Source: an uncultured Nitrososphaerota archaeon
Lineage (GTDB): Archaea > Korarchaeota > Korarchaeia > Korarchaeales > Korarchaeaceae
Direction of reading: 5' to 3'
Assembly: GCA_964618805.1 (NCBI GenBank)
Contig: CAZUBM010000029.1
Coordinates: 1 to 18,643, forward strand
Length of the DNA stretch: 18,643 nt
The stretch's first letter is position 1. The number at the start of each line of letters is the position of its first letter. Under the pieces are notes generated by a model. It worked only from the letters and a program-made list of their open reading frames with translations, was not told the origin of the DNA and made no database searches. This document shows positions 6,765 to 15,179 of the stretch, piece after piece. A program made the position numbers and the translations under genes.

Positions 6765-8981
6765 TTGCAGAAGTACAAGAAAGTGCTAGATCATCTAAGA
6801 GATCTTATGCTTGATCCAAAAAACATCAAGAACATAGGGATTATAGCTCATATTGATCATGGAAAAACCACTCTATCAGATAATCTTCTCTCAGCGGCTG
6901 GAATGATTTCAGATAAAATGGCTGGAGAAATGCGGGCACTTGACTATCATGAAATAGAACAAGCTAGAGGGATAACAATCAAAGCAGCCAATATCTCCCT
7001 CTATTACGAATGGGAAGGGAAGGAATACGCTATCAACTTAGTAGATACTCCAGGACACATAGATTTCACAGGACACGTCTCAAGATCTTTAAGGGTGATC
7101 GATGGCGCGGTCGTCGTGGTAGATGCTGTTGAAGAGGTCATGGTTCAAACAGAAACTGTAACAAGACAGGCATTAGAGGAAAGAGTTAGGCCTCTTCTTT
7201 TCATAAACAAGGTGGATCGGCTGATTAAGGAGTTAAAACTAACTCCCAGAGAAGTTATGGAAAAAATTTCAAGGATAATAAGTAAGATGAATGAGCTCAT
7301 TGATGCTTATGCGGAACCTCGATTCAAAGAAAAATGGAAGCTGAGTTGGGATAACGAAAGTGTAGCCTTTGGCTCAGCACTTCATGGATGGGGTCTAACA
7401 AAAGGAATTGCAGAGGCTCAAGGTGTAAAGTTCTCCGATATAATTAGGGCTTATGAGGAAGGGAAAGGGGAAGAGATAAAGAGGACTTTACCTGTCCACA
7501 GAGCACTTCTTGATATGGTGGTTAAGCATGTTCCAAACCCAATTGAGGCTCAGAGATATAGGATAGACAAAATATGGAAGGGAGCTAGGGAAGGGGAGAT
7601 CTATGATGCTCTAATAAAGTGCTCTGCAGATGGCCCCTTGATAATCGGAGTTAACGCCGTCAAGGTAGATCCTCATGCAGGAATAGTAGTTACAGGAAGG
7701 ATCTTCAGTGGAACAGCCTATGAGGGTCAACAAGTCTATCTTCTTAACGCAAGGACAACTCAGAGAATTCAGCAGACAGCTCTCTATATGGGCCCATACA
7801 GATTAAGAACAGAAAGAATTCCAGCTGGAAACATAGCAGCCTTTCTAGGTCTTGATAAAGCTAAGTCTGGCGAGACTTTAGTTGAGGAATCTGTTAAGGA
7901 CCTGGTAAAGGGAGGTTTTGAGGCCATACACTACGTCACTGAACCTGTTGTGACGGTATACGTGGAACCAAAAAGACCTCAAGATCTGCCAAAGCTCATT
8001 GATGAGCTGAGAAAAGTTACTATACAAGATCCGAACTTAATAATGTCCCATAATTCAGATACGGGAGAGACCCTTCTAAAAGGAACGGGTCCTTTGCACA
8101 TAGAAATCTCACTTTATGACATTAGAAAGAAGGGATTAGAATTCGAGGTTGGAGAACCAACTGTGATTTACAGGGAGAGCATCACAAAGGAAGGCCTTGA
8201 AGTCTTAGCGAAGAGTCCGAATAAACTCAACAGACTTTGGGTTAGAGTTTCTAAAATGGATGATACAACTCTCGAACTCATAAAATCAGGAGAAATACAT
8301 GGGAGGATAACAATAAGGGATGTAGCTAAGATATTGCATGAAAAAGCCGGTTGGGACGCAAGGGAAGCTAGAAACATATGGAAAATTGATCAAGAGAATT
8401 ATAATCTCTTCATAAACTCCACGGTAGGTGTACAAAGACTAGATGAAGTAAAAGAAACTCTAAAACAAGGTTTCATGTGGGCTATGAAGGAAGGACCTCT
8501 TGCAGGTGAGCCTATGATGGGACTTGTAGTTAGATTAACAAACGCCATGATACATGAAGATCCCGCTCACAGAGGACCTGCTCAGATGGTGCCTTCAATT
8601 AGAAGAGCTATTTATGGTTCTGTTCTGTCAGCAGACCCGGTTCTCCTCGAGCCGATTTATGAAATTCAGATAACAGCACCACCAGAACTCATAGGAGATA
8701 TTATAGGACTTATTTCTCAAAAAAGAGGCAAAGTAGCTGGAATAGAGGAGAGAGGAAGGATAGCAGTTATAACTGGGCACATTCCAGTAAGAGAAACACT
8801 AGGAGAATTTAGCAACGAGATGAGAAGCGTAACTAGTGGCAGAGCTTTCTGGCAGACAAGGTTCTCTCATTGGTCTCCACTTCCAAAGGGGATAATGGAA
8901 AACGTGATCTTAGAGATAAGAAAGAGAAAGGGAATGAAACTAGAAATACCAAAAGCTGAAGAGTATATGGATAAACTCTAA
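6765..8981 (+). CDS. fusA: Archaeal translation elongation factor 2
   Basis: AHIDHGKTT (G1), RGITI (G2), DTPGH (G3), NKVD (G4), SPNKLNR and the diphthamide loop HEDPAHRGPAQ; 738 aa. Confidence 0.98.
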   Translation: MQKYKKVLDHLRDLMLDPKNIKNIGIIAHIDHGKTTLSDNLLSAAGMISDKMAGEMRALDYHEIEQARGITIKAANISLYYEWEGKEYAINLVDTPGHIDFTGHVSRSLRVIDGAVVVVDAVEEVMVQTETVTRQALEERVRPLLFINKVDRLIKELKLTPREVMEKISRIISKMNELIDAYAEPRFKEKWKLSWDNESVAFGSALHGWGLTKGIAEAQGVKFSDIIRAYEEGKGEEIKRTLPVHRALLDMVVKHVPNPIEAQRYRIDKIWKGAREGEIYDALIKCSADGPLIIGVNAVKVDPHAGIVVTGRIFSGTAYEGQQVYLLNARTTQRIQQTALYMGPYRLRTERIPAGNIAAFLGLDKAKSGETLVEESVKDLVKGGFEAIHYVTEPVVTVYVEPKRPQDLPKLIDELRKVTIQDPNLIMSHNSDTGETLLKGTGPLHIEISLYDIRKKGLEFEVGEPTVIYRESITKEGLEVLAKSPNKLNRLWVRVSKMDDTTLELIKSGEIHGRITIRDVAKILHEKAGWDAREARNIWKIDQENYNLFINSTVGVQRLDEVKETLKQGFMWAMKEGPLAGEPMMGLVVRLTNAMIHEDPAHRGPAQMVPSIRRAIYGSVLSADPVLLEPIYEIQITAPPELIGDIIGLISQKRGKVAGIEERGRIAVITGHIPVRETLGEFSNEMRSVTSGRAFWQTRFSHWSPLPKGIMENVILEIRKRKGMKLEIPKAEEYMDKL

Positions 8982-8989
8982 AGATTCGA

Positions 8990-9571
8990 TTACCTCCTTA
9001 CATTCTTTGCCCTTTTATAAGATGTAAATAATCTCATGACCGTAGTAACATACCCGAAAACAATTAATAGAATTAGACCGGCTTTAAGAAGACCAAAAGC
9101 TGCGGAAATGGAGATTATTATCAGTCTCTCGGGCCTCTCTGCAATCCCCACCGTGATCTCAGAGAGTCCCTCTCCCTTAGCTCTGGCTCTTATATAAGAT
9201 GGCATGAAGCTCGCATGAATCGCTAATGCAACCAAACACCACCTAAGTTCCTCCTCCGGTATAGCAGCTCCCATTCCAACAAGAAGGAAGAAGTCAGAGA
9301 ACCTATCAAGAGTTGAATCCAGAATCCCTCCGAATATACTTTCTCTCCCCTCTAGTCGGGCCACAACTCCATCTATAAGATCTAAGAAGCCTCCAATTAA
9401 AACAAGCCCAGATGCAAGCAGCAATTTCCTTTGAAAGAAGGCAATCATGGCAACTATATTCGCTATAAAGCCTAGGACACTCAAAACATTAGGTGAAATG
9501 CCCGAAGAGGCTATTAGATTTCCCAAGGGCTTAACTAGGTCATCAATCAATTCTCTCAGTTTTCCAAGCAT
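8990..9571 (-). CDS. pgsA: CDP-alcohol phosphatidyltransferase (archaetidylinositol-phosphate synthase-like)
   Basis: Signature DLIDGVVAR-x7-GGILDSTLD, plus SPNVLS, SYIRARA and GIAERPER. Start is ATG 9571 or GTG 9580. Confidence 0.92.
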   Translation of the reverse strand: MLGKLRELIDDLVKPLGNLIASSGISPNVLSVLGFIANIVAMIAFFQRKLLLASGLVLIGGFLDLIDGVVARLEGRESIFGGILDSTLDRFSDFFLLVGMGAAIPEEELRWCLVALAIHASFMPSYIRARAKGEGLSEITVGIAERPERLIIISISAAFGLLKAGLILLIVFGYVTTVMRLFTSYKRAKNVRR

Positions 9572-9708
9572 GTCTATCACATCCTACAGAGATCTCGGTT
9601 ACGCTTAGGAGAAATCGTAAAAGTCTTTTGTTCCTACTTTTATCATTTGAAAATTAAATTTCAATCAAATATTTGTTATAGATTAGATGAACGAACAGCG
9701 ATCTAAGG

Positions 9709-10434
9709 GTGGATAAATTGCCAGATATTAGAGTAGTGTTGGTAGAGCCCGAAAAGGCATCAAACGTTGGAATGATTGCGAGAGTAATGAAGAACTTTGG
9801 GCTCTCCGACCTATATATGGTAAGACCTATGTTCAGCTCTTTCTCTAGGGCCTATTCCTCAGCCATGCGTGCAAGAGATCTCCTTTACAAAGCTAAGATT
9901 TGCATAGATCTTGAAGAGGCTCTTAAAGGAGCAGATTTAGTAATAGGAACTACAGCTAAACCAAGTATGCATTTGATCGTTAGAAGATCCGTAGAGCTAA
10001 GCGAGTACTTAAAAGAACTTAAGTGGGATGCCAAATACGCCCTTGTTTTTGGGAGGGAATCAACAGGGCTTAGGAGAGATGAGCTAAGAAAGTGCGATGT
10101 GGTTTTAACTATAGCAGCTGATCCGGCATATCCTACGCTGAATGTTGTGAATGCTGCTGCGATAATACTCTATGAGTTCTATATATGGAGTAAAAAGCTT
10201 GAACACCCAGTCGAGCCTGTTAAGAGAAGAACTCGTGATGTAATGGTCAAATATATTAGTGAGATCATATATAACCTACCACTACCAGATCATAAAAGGG
10301 AAAGGGCTCTCGCCCTCATCTCTAAAATAATTTCAAGGGCATATCCCTGTGGGATATCAGAGGGCGAGGCGGCTTATATCCTAGGAGTGGTTCGAATGGT
10401 CAGAGATATCGTGGCTGGTGATGCTAATGTCTAA
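9709..10434 (+). CDS. trmJ: SPOUT tRNA (N32) 2'-O-methyltransferase, TrmJ family
   Basis: IRVVLVEPE...NVGMIARVMKNFG, VIGTTA, ALVFGRESTGL and YPTLNVVNAAAIILYE. Confidence 0.92.
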   Translation: MDKLPDIRVVLVEPEKASNVGMIARVMKNFGLSDLYMVRPMFSSFSRAYSSAMRARDLLYKAKICIDLEEALKGADLVIGTTAKPSMHLIVRRSVELSEYLKELKWDAKYALVFGRESTGLRRDELRKCDVVLTIAADPAYPTLNVVNAAAIILYEFYIWSKKLEHPVEPVKRRTRDVMVKYISEIIYNLPLPDHKRERALALISKIISRAYPCGISEGEAAYILGVVRMVRDIVAGDANV

Positions 10435-10957
10435 GAGACCCGGATATTGCTATAGGAAGCTGCAAAGACCTTACACTCAGAAAAAATACATTAAGAGGAT
10501 GCCCCAAAGCAAAGTAAGGAAATTCGATCACGGGAATCCAAGGGGAGAGTTCGATTATCAAGTCAGCTTAGTAGCAACAGCAAGCTTTCAAGTATTATCT
10601 AAAGCTTTAGAAGCTGCTAGAATGTCGGTTATATCCCAACTAAGGAAGAGGATAAGTGACAGGGAGGGCTATTTCTTCAAAATTCTTCCTTACCCACATC
10701 ATATAGTAAGAAGACACGCAATGGCATCCGTTCATAAAGCAGAAAGGCTGCAAAAGGGTATGAGGCTGGCATTTGGGAAACCACAGGAGAGAGCAGCTCA
10801 AATTAAGAGAGGACAGACTTTACTGATAATAAAAGTAAGGGCTGAAGATATAGAAGCAGCCAGGTACGCTATGAAGATAGCAAAGTTGAAATTACCTCCC
10901 TTTACTACTGTGAAAGTGGAGAAGATAGCGAGAATTGAGGAAGAGGTGGTCGCTTAG
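10427..10957 (+). CDS. rpl10e: 50S ribosomal protein uL16 (L10e)
   Basis: MSKRPGYCYR..RPYT, ALEAAR, YPHHIVR and GMRLAFGKP. Start placed at ATG 10427 behind a GGTGA SD; it overlaps the trmJ stop. Confidence 0.96.
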   Translation: MSKRPGYCYRKLQRPYTQKKYIKRMPQSKVRKFDHGNPRGEFDYQVSLVATASFQVLSKALEAARMSVISQLRKRISDREGYFFKILPYPHHIVRRHAMASVHKAERLQKGMRLAFGKPQERAAQIKRGQTLLIIKVRAEDIEAARYAMKIAKLKLPPFTTVKVEKIARIEEEVVA

Positions 10958-11561
10958 TAAGAAACAGCTTGAGATAACCTTACAGTCCTTAGAGCAGTTA
11001 CCTAATCCAAAACCAGAATTAGAACAGTATTCAACACCTCCCTCGCTTGCTGCAGAAATCTTATATTTGGCGCTTCTAATGGGTGATGTAGAAGATTGTC
11101 GAATTGCGGATCTTGGATGCGGAACAGGAACATTTGCTTTGGGAGCTGCTCTTTTAGGAGCAAAGGAGGCTATAGGAATAGATATAGATCCTAAGGCCAT
11201 TATTGTATCGTGGAGAAATGCGAATCTTCTTAGACTGAGTAACGTTAGGTTCTACGTAATGGACGTCTCAAAATTTAATGAAAAAGTGGATGTAACGTTT
11301 CAAAATCCACCTTTTGGCGTACAAAGGAGGCATGCAGACATTCCTTTTTTAGAAAAAGCTCTTTCAATATCTAATGTTGTTTATACAATCCATAAAACCG
11401 GAAATGAGGACTTTATAATTGATTTGGCCCATAAATATGGTGGGAGGGCAACTAACATCGTAAGAGAGGTAATAAAAATCCCTAGGATTTTTGAATTTCA
11501 CAGGAAAAAGTGGAAAGAAGTAGAAGTCTCGATATTTCGGTTTGTGAGGGAAGAAGGTTGA
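10935..11561 (+). CDS. METTL5-family (COG2263) N6-adenine RNA methyltransferase
   Basis: KKQLEITLQ, LEQYSTP, ADLGCGTG (SAM binding), NPPFG (amino-methyltransferase motif IV) and FEFHRK. Confidence 0.93.
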   Translation: MRKRWSLSKKQLEITLQSLEQLPNPKPELEQYSTPPSLAAEILYLALLMGDVEDCRIADLGCGTGTFALGAALLGAKEAIGIDIDPKAIIVSWRNANLLRLSNVRFYVMDVSKFNEKVDVTFQNPPFGVQRRHADIPFLEKALSISNVVYTIHKTGNEDFIIDLAHKYGGRATNIVREVIKIPRIFEFHRKKWKEVEVSIFRFVREEG

Positions 11562-12118
11562 AAGAAGGAAGATTTGTGATACCTGGAGAGAAGCTCGGCG
11601 TTATTGAAGAATTTGTTCCAGGAGAAAACGTGTATGTTAACGGAAAGGGTGCTCTAAGATCTGAGACCATAGGAGTAATGAGAATATTCAAGAATAAGGT
11701 GAACGTTTTACCTCTTCGCTCATTGGAAATGCCCCTTAAAGCTGGAGAATTAGTTCTTGCTGAGGTTTGGGTTAGCGAGATACCTAGGTTTATAGTAAAG
11801 ATTGTAGCGAAGTGGCATCCCTTTACTCTCCTTACTAACTCTATTAGTGGATGGATTATGAAAGATGAGGAAGAAAATAGGCTCATTAGGGTTGGAGACC
11901 TGATCTTGGCTAAAGTTGAGTCTGCTTTGTACAATCAGGTAATTGTGACGATAGCAGGGGATAAAAGCCTAGGAGTTATATATGCTAAATGCTTGAAATG
12001 TTCAGTCCCGCTAAAGAAGTTAGGAAATACATTGGTATGTCCCATTTGCGAATCCATTCATCTAGATAGGAAAATCAGTCTATATTATGGTATAAATCCA
12101 TTCTCTAAAGGGGCGTGA
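11558..12118 (+). CDS. csl4: Exosome RNA-binding cap subunit Csl4
   Basis: FVIPGEKLGVIEEFVPGENVY, an S1-like RVGDLILAKV, and LGVIYAKC..C...LVCPIC Zn ribbon. The TTG start at 11558 overlaps the upstream TGA (TTGA). Confidence 0.92.
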   Translation: MKEGRFVIPGEKLGVIEEFVPGENVYVNGKGALRSETIGVMRIFKNKVNVLPLRSLEMPLKAGELVLAEVWVSEIPRFIVKIVAKWHPFTLLTNSISGWIMKDEEENRLIRVGDLILAKVESALYNQVIVTIAGDKSLGVIYAKCLKCSVPLKKLGNTLVCPICESIHLDRKISLYYGINPFSKGA

Positions 12119-12122
12119 GAAA

Positions 12123-12749
12123 TTGCCTAAAAGAACCATAGTTTTGAGTTTAAAGGACCAGGACGTAGAGGAATTTTTGGATTACATAACTCCTAGATTG
12201 AGAGGTACCGATTATTCCTTGATCTACAAGAATGGGAGGATATATCTGACCATCCACGGAAAAGCGAACGAAATAGAGGAACTCATAAGGTCCGCAAGGA
12301 AAGCTCACGGAGACTTCATGAAAATCCATAGACCAGTGGGCGGCGTGAGGAGATATCCCAAAGATTGGCTTACTGAGAGAAGTAGAGGGATATCGATCTC
12401 TCTCCTTTTAAAAGCGCTAGTAGCAAAAGGATACATTGCAGAGATTAAGAATGATGCACTGATTTCGAATGTCGAACCAGAAGAGATCTTAGACATATTT
12501 GAACAGCTCAGAGAGATCTATTGGCCAATAAGATTGAAGATAAAGCAGAGGAAAGTTAGAGAGATGCTTACTATGGCTTCCTTTATTACAAAAGAACCCA
12601 TATTGTCCCTTCTTTATGAGGCCATGGAAGAGGGTCTCATAAAAAGGACAGATGAGGGAGTTTATCTATTTACAGTCGATCCTGAACTTGTCTTAGACAA
12701 GTTAATAGGCAAAAAGAGTCATGGCCAAGGGAGCGAGTATGGAGGCTAA
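12123..12749 (+). CDS. Conserved archaeal protein, DUF2067-like
   Basis: 208-aa ORF in the csl4-rpoL interval where DUF2067 genes are commonly found. Segments EEFLDYI, NGRIYLTIHG and LLLKALVAKGYIAEIK fit that family. The assignment rests partly on synteny. Confidence 0.65.
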   Translation: MPKRTIVLSLKDQDVEEFLDYITPRLRGTDYSLIYKNGRIYLTIHGKANEIEELIRSARKAHGDFMKIHRPVGGVRRYPKDWLTERSRGISISLLLKALVAKGYIAEIKNDALISNVEPEEILDIFEQLREIYWPIRLKIKQRKVREMLTMASFITKEPILSLLYEAMEEGLIKRTDEGVYLFTVDPELVLDKLIGKKSHGQGSEYGG

Positions 12750-13044
12750 ACTTAGAATTGAGATTAAAAGAACTAAACCTAAAGAAGCTGAAATAGAGGT
12801 CTATGGAGAGACGTACACTCTCCTAGTTCCGCTAGCTCAGTCATTACTCTCATTAGATTTCGTTGAATTTGCCGGATTTGATGTTCCACATCCATTAGAG
12901 GAGAAAGGTGTGCTATATGTCAGGGTTAAGGATGGAGATCCGATAGATGCTGTCTTTGCTGCAATTAATAATCTAAAGAAAGAATATAGCGAACTTAAAT
13001 CATCTTTATTAAAAGAACTCAATAAGCTGAAACAAGAGAAATAG
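12739..13044 (+). CDS. rpoL: DNA-directed RNA polymerase subunit L (Rpo11)
   Basis: EIEVYGETYTL...VEFAGFDVPHPLE...DPIDAV..AI..L; lies downstream of csl4. Start is ATG 12739 or 12721. Confidence 0.88.
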   Translation: MEAKLRIEIKRTKPKEAEIEVYGETYTLLVPLAQSLLSLDFVEFAGFDVPHPLEEKGVLYVRVKDGDPIDAVFAAINNLKKEYSELKSSLLKELNKLKQEK

Positions 13045-13055
13045 AGGTGCAACAA

Positions 13056-15179
13056 ATGCCCTCAGAATTCAGACGAAGGATCTTAACAAAATCTTTGGAA
13101 CTAGCATCTCTTATAGGATCTTATCTTTTAGGAGTTTATCTTAGGCTTAAACCGGCGCTGTCATACGGAATTTCTCTAACAGCCGATGACCCCTTGCTTC
13201 ATTATAGGATGACTAAGTATGTGGTAGAGATGGGAAGACTCCCAGCAAAAGACTTGCTATCATGGCAACCTTGGGGATACGATCCCAGCAAGGTTTTACC
13301 TCCACTTCACTACTATACTGGAGCTTTTCTCTACAAGATTGTGAGCCTTATTTTCCCTAATCTATCGCTTTATGATTTTACAGCCCTGATTCCAGCTTTC
13401 TTTGCCCCATTAGCAATATTTCCGATCTATTTCATAGCTAGAGACTTGTGGGGCAAAGAATCAGCCATTTTTTCAGCCTTCGCTCTCTCCTCAATAACAG
13501 CTTACATTGTTAGGTCACATGTTGGTTTCTATAGGCACGAACAGTTTACCATTCCCTTCATCTGCCTCTCCCTGATGTTCACAATAAAGTCGATGAGGTC
13601 AGAGGAGGAATGGAAGTCTCTTCTATATGCTGGATTGAGTGGCATAGCCCTTCTATATGTGGCTGGCTCGTGGGCTGCTTTTAGGTTCCTGTTCGACGGT
13701 TATGCAGTTTACTTCTTGATGCTTCTGATACTAGATAAGGTAAATAGGAAAAGAGAGTATGCTCTATTAGTCCCTTCACTATATGTTCTAGCTTCTTCTT
13801 TTGGCCTTCTCTCTAATCTAACTCTTAGGAAGCAGTATTTAAGAGTAGATAGTCTCCCGGTCTACGGCGCGCTCCTAACTGCTCTTGTTTATGAGACGAT
13901 ACCTCGGATTAACTTTCTCAAGAGAATTTCAAGAAAAATAAAGGCAAACTTCCTTGCCATAGCAATCTCTGCAGGAATAGTTGTTTTGATGTTAGTTGCT
14001 GGCTTAGCTATCCCTCTTACGGCAAGGCTTATGAGGGTCATATTGCCAAGCACTACCCTTCCAAGAGGAAATGTCGTTGAGACTGTTATGGAACATGCAC
14101 CTGGAGCAACTGAATACGTTCTTAGGAACCAATTCGGCTTTCTCTTGGTACCATTCATGGCAGGGTTTGTTCTATTGATATTAGAGCGTTGGAGGCATGT
14201 TGAGGACATGCTGATTTTGTTCTTTGCATTTCTTTCCATGTACTTTGCTTTAAGCATAGTACGTCTTCCTCCTCTAGCATCACCCTTCTTCTGCTTAGTA
14301 TCCTCCTATAGCGTCCACTGGATAGCAAACTGGACTTCAAAGAAGATTGAATTCGTCTCAAGGAGAAGACGATATCTTAGAAAGAAAGGAAAAAGATTGA
14401 AGAGCTCATATGTGATAAGTGAAATTGCGCCAGCTCTTTTAATGATAAGCTTCATTGTCGTTGGACCTTTAACTCATTCCATATATGCTAGCTTCCAATT
14501 TTCCAAATTTAAGCCTAATTTCATAGAGTTGGATGAGGAGTGGATGAATGCTATTGGATGGCTGACAGAAAATGCAGAACCAGGAACTGTTGTCATGTCT
14601 TGGTGGGACTATGGATATTGGATAATCTTTGCATCTAATGAGAGCTTTAGGGTCCTTGTAGATGGGCTAACGATAAACAGTACACAAATAAGGCAAGTAG
14701 CAAGAGCATTTACAGGCACCGAAGAGGAAGCATTAGATGTTGCAATGAGATTTAACGTAAGTTATGTAATTATTCTTGACGTTGAAGTTGGCTCAGATAC
14801 TTACTATGATCCTAACACTGGAAACACATTTTTCAGACCGTTCGATGGGATGGGGAAGTGGATGCCAATGGCTTGGATTGCCAAAAAGTTCGAATATAGT
14901 CCATGGCGAGATTCAAAATTCTGGACAGAAGAATACCCCAGCTACTTCATAGTTAAGCGGAATCCCACTACAGGGAAAATAGAAGAAGTACGTCCAACAT
15001 ACAAAACTATTAATATGACTTTATTCAAGCTTTTTGGTTCATATTACAACTTAACTCAGCCAAGATATTTTGAATTAGTTCACTCTGAAATACGTAAGGC
15101 AAAGTTAACGAGCAGAGAAGGAGGAACGTTTGATTACGAGTGGCCTCATGTCCTAATCTTCAAGGTGAAAGCACCTTGA
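13056..15179 (+). CDS. aglB: Oligosaccharyltransferase AglB/STT3
   Basis: ADDPLLHYR, SWQPWG, about 13 transmembrane helices, ETVMEH (TIXE/SVSE motif), SWWDYGYWI and DGLTINSTQI. GAGGTG SD lies 6 nt before ATG 13056. Confidence 0.95.
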   Translation: MPSEFRRRILTKSLELASLIGSYLLGVYLRLKPALSYGISLTADDPLLHYRMTKYVVEMGRLPAKDLLSWQPWGYDPSKVLPPLHYYTGAFLYKIVSLIFPNLSLYDFTALIPAFFAPLAIFPIYFIARDLWGKESAIFSAFALSSITAYIVRSHVGFYRHEQFTIPFICLSLMFTIKSMRSEEEWKSLLYAGLSGIALLYVAGSWAAFRFLFDGYAVYFLMLLILDKVNRKREYALLVPSLYVLASSFGLLSNLTLRKQYLRVDSLPVYGALLTALVYETIPRINFLKRISRKIKANFLAIAISAGIVVLMLVAGLAIPLTARLMRVILPSTTLPRGNVVETVMEHAPGATEYVLRNQFGFLLVPFMAGFVLLILERWRHVEDMLILFFAFLSMYFALSIVRLPPLASPFFCLVSSYSVHWIANWTSKKIEFVSRRRRYLRKKGKRLKSSYVISEIAPALLMISFIVVGPLTHSIYASFQFSKFKPNFIELDEEWMNAIGWLTENAEPGTVVMSWWDYGYWIIFASNESFRVLVDGLTINSTQIRQVARAFTGTEEEALDVAMRFNVSYVIILDVEVGSDTYYDPNTGNTFFRPFDGMGKWMPMAWIAKKFEYSPWRDSKFWTEEYPSYFIVKRNPTTGKIEEVRPTYKTINMTLFKLFGSYYNLTQPRYFELVHSEIRKAKLTSREGGTFDYEWPHVLIFKVKAP

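Noticed and set aside
4179-9708. C/D-box sRNAs in intergenic spacers
   Set aside because: I found no properly spaced RTGATGA...CTGA pair by eye; a snoscan or Infernal search would be needed to exclude them.
11510-15175. Longer N-termini given by the ORF track for csl4 (11510), aglB (13047) and the NDK-like gene (15140)
   Set aside because: SD positions, TTGA coupling and family N-termini favour starts at 11558, 13056 and 15176.
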